Of a stretch of 64,000 bases of DNA, positions 1 to 9,100 are shown piece by piece (the first letter of the stretch is position 1; every line of letters begins with the position of its first letter). A program made the position numbers and the translations under genes. The DNA is taken from NCBI GenBank assembly GCA_965279035.1, contig OZ257142.1:2272001-2336000 (forward strand), given 5' to 3'. A model generated the notes under the pieces. It had not been told where the DNA came from and made no database searches. It saw nothing but the letters and a program-made list of their open reading frames with translations. The stretch comes from Bacteroidia bacterium (GTDB lineage: Bacteria; Bacteroidota; Bacteroidia; M30B66).

Positions 1-2
1 CA

Positions 3-2081
3 CGATCGGCTTTTCGAAATATTAGTCAGGGAAAAGTTATAAGTGGAGGAAGTACAATCACTATGCAGGTGATGCGACTTGCTCGTAAAGGACAAAAACG
101 AAGTTTTCTTGAAAAGGCAATCGAAAGCATTCAAGCACTTCGACTCGAATGTTCCTATTCTAAACGAAGTATCTTAGCTATGTATGCTCGCCATGCACCT
201 TTTGGTGGAAATGTAGTTGGATTGGATGCAGCAGCGTGGCGATACTTTGGAAGGCGCGCCGAGGATTTATCTTGGGCTGAATCAGCAACTTTAGCGGTAC
301 TTCCCAATGCTCCATCACTCATTTTCCCTGGGAAAAACCAAGATAAATTGCTCCGTAAACGCAATGCTTTATTAAATGAATTACTTCAACGGGAACTCAT
401 CGATTCTACTACACTTGATTTAGCTCTTCAAGAACCTTTGCCCGAAAAACCGTATCCCATTCCTTTGAAAGCCATTCAACTTTTGACGCGAGTTGAACAC
501 GAAGTTGGAATTGGCAAAATGGTGCAAACATCTGTTGATCGCATACTTCAAGATCGGATTCTTCAAATTGTATCGAATTATCAAGCACGTTGGGAGGCAA
601 ATGGAGTTTATAATGCTGGTGTTTTAGTATTGGATGTTTCTTCTGGGAAAACACTGGCCTATGTTGGGAATTTGCAGAATGTTGATGGAATGCATGGTTC
701 GGCAGTCGATATGATTCCTGCTGAACGAAGTACTGGTTCAATTTTAAAACCCTTGCTTTTTGCATCGATGCTTCATTATGGAATGTGTTTGCCCAGCACA
801 TTAGAAGCTGATATTCCTACTCAAATTGATGGATATGCTCCCAAAAATTACAATTTGACTTATGATGGTGCTGTCCCAGCTAGAAAAGCCATTTCGAGAT
901 CGCTCAATGTGCCTGCAGTTAGAATGTTGCAGCAATTAGGTATTGAACGATTTAATAATGTATTACGCAAATTGGGTATGACAACCCTACGGAAATCATC
1001 TTCGCATTATGGATTATCTCTCATTTTAGGCGGTGCCGAAGGTTCACTTTGGGATATCTGTGGAATTTATGCTTCGCTAGCTCGGCAGCAAAATCATTTT
1101 GCATTCAATAATGGGCGATATACTATGGATGATATTCATCCACCCAGTTTGATTGAAAATTCTGTGAAATCAACTAATAAGCAAGGAAAGCTGGAGCATT
1201 CAATTCTAGATGCAGGTGCCGTTTTCGAAATGTTTGAAGCCATGTCGGAAGTGAATCGTCCAGATGAAGAAGCGGGCTGGAGTGAATTTCTTTCTTCTCA
1301 AAAAGTAGCATGGAAAACCGGAACATCCTTTGGGCACCGCGATGCATGGGCTATTGGATTAACTCCCAAGTATGTTGTTGGAGTTTGGGTTGGTAATGCA
1401 AGTGGTGAAGGAAAACCATTAATAACGGGAGTTGGTGCAGCTGCTCCGGTTTTATTTGATGTGCTTTCACTTTTGCCACGTTGCGCTTGGTTCAATCGTC
1501 CTTATGATGATGAAGTGTTGACACGCGTATGTCATGAATCAGGTTTTAAAGCAGGGAAATTTTGTGAAATAATTGATAGTTGTTGGGTTCCTAAATCGGG
1601 TTTACGTACAACTGTTTGTCCCTATCATAAACAAATTCATTTGGAACCATCGGGGAAATTCCGAGCAGATGCGGGATGTATTTCACCCGATAAATTAATT
1701 CCACGTTCCTGGTTTGTTTTACCACCGGTGATGGAATATTATTATCGAAATACGCATCCTTCGTATGTTTCCCTACCCGAATGGTTACCCGGTTGCGGAG
1801 AAGAACAAGAGCAGCAGATGATGGAATTTATTTATCCAAGAGCCAATAGCGATATCATTGTACCTCGTTCATATTCAGGATTGCCAACACGAACTGTAAT
1901 GGAAATTGCACATCGAGATCCAGATCGTATTGTGTATTGGCATCTCGATGGGAAATATTTAGGACAAACGCAACATTTTCATCAATTTGCCATTCAACCC
2001 GAATTGGGTGAACACCTTTTAATCGTTGTAGATGAGCAAGGTGAAAAAATTCAGCGTCGATTTAAGATTGTAAAAAACTGA
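3..2081 (+). CDS. pbpC: Penicillin-binding protein 1C (5' end outside window)
   Basis: Frame is open from base 3 (RSAFRNISQGKVISGGSTITMQ). It has the transglycosylase GGSTITMQ motif, transpeptidase SILK/SLN/KTG motifs and a Cys-rich PBP1C C-terminal domain. The ORF-track start at 63 is an internal Met. Confidence 0.93.
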   Translation, partial: RSAFRNISQGKVISGGSTITMQVMRLARKGQKRSFLEKAIESIQALRLECSYSKRSILAMYARHAPFGGNVVGLDAAAWRYFGRRAEDLSWAESATLAVLPNAPSLIFPGKNQDKLLRKRNALLNELLQRELIDSTTLDLALQEPLPEKPYPIPLKAIQLLTRVEHEVGIGKMVQTSVDRILQDRILQIVSNYQARWEANGVYNAGVLVLDVSSGKTLAYVGNLQNVDGMHGSAVDMIPAERSTGSILKPLLFASMLHYGMCLPSTLEADIPTQIDGYAPKNYNLTYDGAVPARKAISRSLNVPAVRMLQQLGIERFNNVLRKLGMTTLRKSSSHYGLSLILGGAEGSLWDICGIYASLARQQNHFAFNNGRYTMDDIHPPSLIENSVKSTNKQGKLEHSILDAGAVFEMFEAMSEVNRPDEEAGWSEFLSSQKVAWKTGTSFGHRDAWAIGLTPKYVVGVWVGNASGEGKPLITGVGAAAPVLFDVLSLLPRCAWFNRPYDDEVLTRVCHESGFKAGKFCEIIDSCWVPKSGLRTTVCPYHKQIHLEPSGKFRADAGCISPDKLIPRSWFVLPPVMEYYYRNTHPSYVSLPEWLPGCGEEQEQQMMEFIYPRANSDIIVPRSYSGLPTRTVMEIAHRDPDRIVYWHLDGKYLGQTQHFHQFAIQPELGEHLLIVVDEQGEKIQRRFKIVKN

Positions 2082-2119
2082 CGCACGACAATTCGTGTAT
2101 TTTTGGAAAAAAATTTCAG

Positions 2120-2551
2120 ATGGATATTTTAAATACTGTACACAATCTTCTTCGTTGGATTATTATACCTGTTATGCTTTTCGTGCTCATTCGGAGCTAT
2201 ATGGGCTGGTTTGGTAAGAAACCGTTTGCCAAGCTAGACAATGCTTTAGGCGGAGCCTTGATTGGATTAGCACACACTCAATTATTGATAGGATTGGTAC
2301 TTTACTTTACAAGTACACGTGGTTATGCTTTATTGACTACCCCAGGTGTGATGAAAGATGCTGTTTCACGTTTGTATGCGCTTGAACATCCTTTAATGAT
2401 GATCATTGCTGTTGTATTTATTCAATTGGGACGTACTTTTTCTAAGAAAGCTACCAATGATGAAAAGCGTTTTAAGACTGTTGCTATTTATACCAGCATT
2501 GCATTGGTATTGATTTTATCTCGTCAGATTCATTGGAATTTTATCTTCTAA
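2120..2551 (+). CDS. Four-TM membrane protein with conserved His residues (Bacteroidota 'cytochrome B'-like hypothetical)
   Basis: Four hydrophobic segments; HN..RW, AH.Q and EHP motifs; -7 box TATTTTTG at 2098-2105. Confidence 0.65.
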   Translation: MDILNTVHNLLRWIIIPVMLFVLIRSYMGWFGKKPFAKLDNALGGALIGLAHTQLLIGLVLYFTSTRGYALLTTPGVMKDAVSRLYALEHPLMMIIAVVFIQLGRTFSKKATNDEKRFKTVAIYTSIALVLILSRQIHWNFIF

Positions 2552-2703
2552 ATCTCGTTTTTTGGGTGCAGGTTTTTTCTTAGCACCTAAAGAATTCGAA
2601 ATCCTTTGTTAAGTAAATAGCTAACACCTGCATTCGCTAACAACATCGTTGTAACTAAATGTTCAGGGTTTTAATACTATTTTGGAGTAGCTCTAGTTCA
2701 ATC

Positions 2704-3513
2704 TTAATCCAAGAAAGCGGTTAAACCCAATTGGAATACTAACATATTACTTAGACTTGTTTTAACTGGAACGCTAACATTCAAATCCTTTTCATAAAAT
2801 TTATTGTTAAGATTATTTAATTGAATGTCAGGTGAATTTAGTTTGACATTCCAATCATTGGCCGATGTTCGATCTATATAATTCAATTTTCCACCAAATA
2901 AAAAAGCCACATTCGAATTGATATACACATTCGAATTCAATTTCCATAAAAGACCAAAACTTCCTCCAGCAATCCACGAAAAGTCTGATTTTTGGGTATC
3001 ATAATATGCCCTGCTTTTCGAATCTGTTTGAAAGAATTTCCCTGTTTCTTTTTCTGTCAAAGTTACTTGAGTCCAAGCACATTGAACTCCGGCAATTAAG
3101 TCGACAAATGGCTTGAACGTTTGTTGTTCACCCTGAATTCGAGCTAATAAATGAACATTCAGTAATTGATTAACAGTTCGAAGTTTTAGTGGAATTTGTT
3201 GAGTAAACAAAAAGGCAGACCCATTGAAAACGGAAGCATTAACATTAATATCTGATTTTAAATGGCTTGTACGGTAATAGGAAAAGCCAAAGCCCGGAAT
3301 GAATGGACTTGTATGAGGAGTTTTAAATAAGAAATTATAGGTAAGTCCAAAAGGTTGTAAATTGCTTGAACGGTCAAATGCATTCCTTGGGAAACCTAAT
3401 GAGATACAGAAATCAGTTATACGCTGTTTTTCAGAATTTGATGAACTAATCTGAGCAATTGAATAGGGGCAAAGCACAAGAAATAGAATACTAGCTAGGT
3501 AGATTTTATTCAT
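2704..3513 (-). CDS. Putative outer-membrane beta-barrel protein
   Basis: Sec signal peptide, alternating aromatic/Gly beta-strands (KPFVDLIAG, WIAGGSFGLLWKL), terminal strand FQLGLTAF. Confidence 0.6.
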   Translation of the reverse strand: MNKIYLASILFLVLCPYSIAQISSSNSEKQRITDFCISLGFPRNAFDRSSNLQPFGLTYNFLFKTPHTSPFIPGFGFSYYRTSHLKSDINVNASVFNGSAFLFTQQIPLKLRTVNQLLNVHLLARIQGEQQTFKPFVDLIAGVQCAWTQVTLTEKETGKFFQTDSKSRAYYDTQKSDFSWIAGGSFGLLWKLNSNVYINSNVAFLFGGKLNYIDRTSANDWNVKLNSPDIQLNNLNNKFYEKDLNVSVPVKTSLSNMLVFQLGLTAFLD

Positions 3514-3673
3514 GGGATAGATTTGTTGATTTCAAAACAACAAAATTTGAGAATAGGAGCCTTTTTTTTTATTTGTTGATATGAAATTAATCCTATCTCA
3601 AATTGCAAGTATTTGGTCTTCACTACAATGCAGAAATCCTTCATTTTTATTTGGTGGTAACATAAATGCGTCC

Positions 3674-3681
3674 TACTTTTG
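3674..3681 (+). promoter_or_regulatory. Bacteroidota sigmaA -7 box for tRNA-Leu/tig
   Basis: TACTTTTG matches TAnnTTTG, 24 nt upstream of the tRNA. Confidence 0.7.
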
Positions 3682-3705
3682 CACTCCTTTTTAATTAAGA
3701 TCCAT

Positions 3706-3787
3706 GCGGATGTGGCGTAATTGGTAGCCGCACCAGACTTAGGATCTGGCGCCGCGAGGCGTGGGGGTTCGAGTCCCTTCATCCGCA
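3706..3787 (+). tRNA. tRNA-Leu(TAG)
   Basis: Acceptor stem GCGGATG/CATCCGC, anticodon arm CCAGA-CTTAGGA-TCTGG, long variable arm, GTTCGAGTC T-loop; CCA not encoded. Confidence 0.97.
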
Positions 3788-3790
3788 CAT

Positions 3791-3820
3791 TGCTTCTCCT
3801 TCGGGAGAAGCATTTTTTAT
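3791..3820 (+). terminator. Stem-loop plus U tract after tRNA-Leu
   Basis: TGCTTCTCC-TTCG-GGAGAAGCA followed by TTTTTTAT. Confidence 0.8.
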
Positions 3821-3837
3821 TGTAAAGAAGTTCCAGA

Positions 3838-5205
3838 ATGAACGTAACACAGGAAAATGTTGACGCGCTCAACGCAGTAGTCCGGATCCAATTTTCACCG
3901 GCTGATTATCAACCCAAAATTGACGAACAACTTCGCGATTACGCTAAAAAGGTTCAGATGCCTGGTTTTCGTCCAGGAAAAGTTCCCGCAGGTATGGTGA
4001 AAAAAATGTACGGCAAATCCATCTTGGTGGATGAACTGAACAAACTCACTTCGGATACCCTTTTTAATTATCTGCGCGATCAACAGTTAGATGTATTAGG
4101 AAATCCACTTCCTAAATCTGAAAACGATTCTGCAATCGATTTAGACAATCCAGGAGAAATCAATCTTTCGTTTGAAGTTGGACTTGCTCCTAAATTCGAA
4201 TTGGATCTTTCGACCAATCATCGCTTTAATCACTACAAAGTGAAATTGGATGATTCCTACATTAATGATATCGTTCAAGATTATCGTAAGCGTTTAGGTG
4301 AATTGGAAGAAACAGATACTTCAGCCGAAGGTGATCAAATTCATGGTATTGCTGAAGAGCTCAATGCCGATGGTTCGGTGAAAGAAGGTGGTTTGAATAA
4401 ACACATCACGATTCAATTCGAAGACCTGAAAATGGGCAATCAACAAGCCTTATTTACTGGTTTGAGTAAAGGTTCTGAAATCGTTATTGATTTTAAAACT
4501 GCCGTTGTTAATCCCACTGTGATTGGTGCTATTCTAGCCATTTCAACCGAAGAAGCCGAAGCACTTGAAAGCACTTTTCGTTTTACAGTTGAATGGGTAA
4601 AACGCGGTTCTTTAGCCGAAGTGAATCAAGATTTCTTTGATAAATTGCTTGGACCTGGAGTAATCAGTACGGAAGAAGAACTTCGTGCTCGCATTGCTGA
4701 AGATGGAGAAGCTCGTTACCGCAAAGATGCCGATAATCGTTTTTTCAATGAAGTTGTTGAGCATTTAGTGAATACTTCCCGTTTCGATTTACCCAACGAT
4801 TTTTTAAAACGCTGGTTAGTTTCTCAGAATGAAGGGAAAGTCAATTCGGAAGATATCGAAAGCAATTACGAGAATTACTCCAAAGGAATTCGTTGGCAGT
4901 TAATTGAAGGAAAAATCATTAAGGAAAACAACATTGCTGTGAGCAATGATCAAGTGATTGAATCTTTTACTGAAGATTTCTTAGCCTATATGGGCGCACC
5001 TGGAACTCAAGATGAAACCTTGCGTGAACGTGCTCGTGAAATTGCCAAAGGCATGATGAAGAATGAAAAGGAAGTGAATAAAGTGTACGATCGTTTATAC
5101 AATGAAGCAATGACTACTTTATTTCTCAGTAGCTTTGATGTTCATACAGTTGAGCTTCCATTTGAAGCTTGGGTTGAACAATTGAATAAGCCATTGAATT
5201 CATAA
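3838..5205 (+). CDS. tig: Trigger factor
   Basis: Ribosome-binding signature PGFRPGKVP; 455 aa; strong codon bias. Confidence 0.96.
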   Translation: MNVTQENVDALNAVVRIQFSPADYQPKIDEQLRDYAKKVQMPGFRPGKVPAGMVKKMYGKSILVDELNKLTSDTLFNYLRDQQLDVLGNPLPKSENDSAIDLDNPGEINLSFEVGLAPKFELDLSTNHRFNHYKVKLDDSYINDIVQDYRKRLGELEETDTSAEGDQIHGIAEELNADGSVKEGGLNKHITIQFEDLKMGNQQALFTGLSKGSEIVIDFKTAVVNPTVIGAILAISTEEAEALESTFRFTVEWVKRGSLAEVNQDFFDKLLGPGVISTEEELRARIAEDGEARYRKDADNRFFNEVVEHLVNTSRFDLPNDFLKRWLVSQNEGKVNSEDIESNYENYSKGIRWQLIEGKIIKENNIAVSNDQVIESFTEDFLAYMGAPGTQDETLRERAREIAKGMMKNEKEVNKVYDRLYNEAMTTLFLSSFDVHTVELPFEAWVEQLNKPLNS

Positions 5206-5223
5206 TTTTTGATTGAGTGTGTG

Positions 5224-5262
5224 AAACGGCGTCAGGGCAACCTCGGCGCCGTTTTTATTTTT
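5224..5262 (+). terminator. Intrinsic terminator between convergent tig and the OXA gene
   Basis: AAACGGCGTC...GGCGCCGTTT hairpin plus T tract. Confidence 0.8.
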
Positions 5263-5274
5263 AGGAACTCGTAT

Positions 5275-6081
5275 TCATTTCAAGGTACCATTCAAATAAT
5301 CTTCGACAGCCTTGTATGCTACTTCTCTTCTCGAACGTTTAAACATTTCGGTGTTTGAAGAGGTGTCGGCCATACGGACTAAATTGCTAAAATACACTAC
5401 ACGTACGGGTGTTTCGGCATAGCCAACAAACCAACCAATTTGCATGTTATCTTGATCTCCCCAACCCGATTTCCCATGGAAAACTACCTGATTGGAATCT
5501 CTTGAGATCATGATTTTTTTAACAATATCCATGGATCGTTTTGAACAAGGCAATTGATCATCATGCAATTTTTTAATGAAATCAATTTGTTCTTTCGGAC
5601 TTATTCTCAGTTTTCCACTCAACCAGAATTGATCAATTCCTCCAGTTGTATCAGCATTTCCATACTGAAATTTATCTAACCACGATTTCATTTTTTCTGC
5701 TCCAATTTGTCGTGCAAGCTCTTGATAATACCAAACCGTTGAATTTTTAAAAGCTTCTTTTAAGGTTTGATCATGATTCCAATCGGGATTTTCTCGAACG
5801 ATGCTATCCCAAGGAAATTGGGTGTTTTCATCTTTCAAAATACCTGTTTCCAATCCAATTAAAGAATTGCAAATTTTAAATGTTGATGCTGGTGTGTAAG
5901 CCGTTGTATAAACAGCTTTATCGGAAACAATGATTGAATTTCGCGCGGGATCTTCAATAGCCAAAAATCCATTAATACGATAAGGCTCATAATAATGACG
6001 CATAGAAGTCCTAATTAAAGGCTCTTGCGACCCTGAACATGAAAATATAAATAGGAGTGCAAAAAATGGTATTAATCGCAT
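5275..6081 (-). CDS. blaOXA: Class D (OXA-like) serine beta-lactamase, predicted lipoprotein
   Basis: Motifs PASTFK, STV, YGN, FWL and KSG in the class D order; N-terminal lipobox-like FIFSC. Confidence 0.85.
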   Translation of the reverse strand: MRLIPFFALLFIFSCSGSQEPLIRTSMRHYYEPYRINGFLAIEDPARNSIIVSDKAVYTTAYTPASTFKICNSLIGLETGILKDENTQFPWDSIVRENPDWNHDQTLKEAFKNSTVWYYQELARQIGAEKMKSWLDKFQYGNADTTGGIDQFWLSGKLRISPKEQIDFIKKLHDDQLPCSKRSMDIVKKIMISRDSNQVVFHGKSGWGDQDNMQIGWFVGYAETPVRVVYFSNLVRMADTSSNTEMFKRSRREVAYKAVEDYLNGTLK

Positions 6082-6169
6082 GATTATTCAAATTTACTAA
6101 GAAACAAGAATACCTGTTTTGTGTTTTATTTCGTAATTTTTCTTTGTTCAACTCATTTGAAAATAAATC

Positions 6170-9100
6170 CTATTCATTGGTGGATGTATTTAAATAGATA
6201 TCCATTTTATTAAACAGGATTTTCTCATCGATGGGTTTGGTTATATAGTCGTTCATTCCAACTTCTTTCGATTTCCGAATATCAAGATCAGTAACATCCG
6301 CTGTTAAAGCTAGGATTGGAACATTGGATTTTAATTTTTCACGAATATAACTTGTTGCTTCAAAACCATTCATTACGGGCATTTGAATATCCATGAGAAT
6401 TAAATCGTATTTCTTTGATTTTATCATGTTTAGGGCTATCTCTCCATCTTCAGCAAAATCATATTTACAACCATATTCAATCAATAGTGTTTTCATTAAT
6501 AGACGATTCAATGCATTGTCTTCGACTACTAAAATGATTTTATCAGTTGAATCAGTCTTTGGTGGATTTGATAAAAGATCTTGTGTTGAATTATCTTCTA
6601 CAGTAATATCTTCAATTTGACCTTTCTCTTTAATAAAGTCAAGTTCAAATAAAAATGTAGATCCTTTTTTCGGACTGCTAACTAAAGAAATTTTACCTCC
6701 TTGCAATTCAATTAGTTTTTTAACTATCGCTAAACCTAAACCAGTTCCACCATACAAACGTGTTGTATTTTCGGATGCTTGTTCAAAATTATCGAAGATT
6801 TGTTTTTGTTTCTCTTTGGGTATTCCTATTCCAGTATCTTTTAATGAAAATAGAATACGAATGGATTCCTTGTTTTCACTTAATAGTTGAATACGAAATT
6901 CAATTTTCCCCTTCTCAGTAAACTTAATTGCATTCTCAATGAGATTGATGATAATTTGTCTTAAACGCAATTCATCACCAACAATCTTACTTGGAAGCTT
7001 TGGATCATAGTGAATATGAAATTTTAAATTTTTATCTTCTAATTTTTGTTCAAAGAGTAGTTTAATTGCTGAAATGGCCTTTCTAATATTAAATGTTTTC
7101 TTTTCGAAAGTCATTTTCCCTTCATCAACTTTAGCTAAATCAAGAATGTCATTAATTAAAACAATTAATGCATCCCCTGACAATTTTATTGCAGTAAGAA
7201 AATCCTTTTGTTCTTTATTTATCGATGTCTTTAAAAGGGCATTTGTAAATCCAATAATGGAATTCATTGGAGTTCTAATTTCATGACTCATGTTCGACAA
7301 GAATAGTTGTTTGGCTTTAACAGCTATTTCGGCAATTTTTTTATCACTAACTGCAATTGTCTTTGCTTCAATCAGTTCATTTTTTATTTTCACTTGGTCG
7401 GTTACATCATACGCAATAATGGTAACACCTGAAATTGTTTCATCTGCCTCACGATAGGGTTGATATACAAAACTAAAATAGACATCCTCTAGTTTTTTAT
7501 TTCGTATTAGCGGTGTATGCATTTCTGTCCCATAAAATGGCTTTCCAGTTAAATAGACTTGACGTAATAATTCTGGAAAAGCGGAGGTTTTAAGTTCAGC
7601 TAAAACATCGAAAAGAGCTTTGCCTTCAATATCATTTCCTTTCCCCCACAATTTCTTAATACTATCATTGGCGAGTGTTATAATCATTTTTTCCCCTTTT
7701 AATATAGAAATTGCGAAAGGAGAATCTAACAGAAGGATATTATAACGTTTATTACTTTCTTCTATGTTTTTTGAATTTAATCGTTCTGTTCTTAAATTTT
7801 CTAGTAACTCATTTTTCTCTTTTAATTGTAATTCAAATGCAAGTTTTTTAGTTTCAGTTATATCATTCATTGTTAAAACAACCAATTCTTCATTGTTTTT
7901 AGGTTGTACAACGATATGTGCATTTAATAGTAGCGTTTTAGTACCGATTTGAGTGAAGTCTTGTTCAACTTCGATTTGATGAAATTCTTTATTTTTATTT
8001 ACTAAATTATCAAGCAGATCTTTAAGAATAGAAATATTCCATTGATTATTTCCAATACTAAAAAAGGAGTTTCCAATACATTTATTTTGACTTGTTTTAA
8101 ATAATGTATAGAAAGATTTATTGGCAGAAATGATCTTAAATTTTTTATTTAAAATAAGCATTGGCTCATAAATAGTGGTTAGAATTGTTTCATAATAATT
8201 ATATAAATCTTCAATTTGCTGAACACGAACGTGCATTTCTTTATTACTAATTATAAGCTCCTCATTTGTTGATTCTATTTCTTCTTTCGATGTTTCAAGT
8301 TCTTCATTTAAACTTTGTAACTCTTCATTGCTTGAAACAATTTCCTCATTCACAATTTGTAATTCATCGTTTGCTTCTTCATGTAAATGAGTAATGGTTC
8401 CCATTTCTGCCCTAACAGCTGCAAGTTCGGCTTCCAACTTCTTTATTCGAATATCCTTATTTGTGGTATAAGACTTTATTCCTTTTTTTGAATGTTCAGA
8501 ATCATCATGGATTTTGTTCCCAGTAAAAACAATAACTAAGAGTGGCTCTTCACCATCAATCATTAAGGGTCTTACTTCTATATTAACTAGTTGAATTGTT
8601 TTATTATTCGAATCCGAATAAATTTCTAAAGCATTTTTGCGAACTGTATTCTTTAATTTTTTAGCCAATTGAATAGCGTTTCTTAACTCAAACGCAAGTC
8701 CAATGTGAACCATTTTTAAAATGTTTAAACTCGCTTTTCCTGATCCATGCTTTAAGTAGTGAGATGTAGCTCCTCGAAACAATATGATTTCTAGGTTATA
8801 ATTAATAACGACACTAGCAGGTATATAATGGTCTAATAATAATGCATCAAAAAAATCATCGATCTTATTCGAATTAGGGAATATTCTTTTGGGAATAGGT
8901 TTAATGGAACTAGTTTTTTTAGAATCAGATTCTAACGAAATACGTGTAATTATTTCAGGTATTCTTTTAGAAACAGAAAGTGATTTGCGACAATAAAGTT
9001 TATGCTTTTTACTACTTAACGAAAAGAGATTAGTTGATGAACCAATGGTTTCTGATTTTCCAAGAAATAAATATCCACCTTGATTTAACGCATAATGAAA

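Noticed and set aside
3510-3872. 120-aa minus-strand ORF
   Set aside because: It overlaps tRNA-Leu in antisense (the GLEPPRLAAPDPKSG pattern is a typical tRNA shadow).
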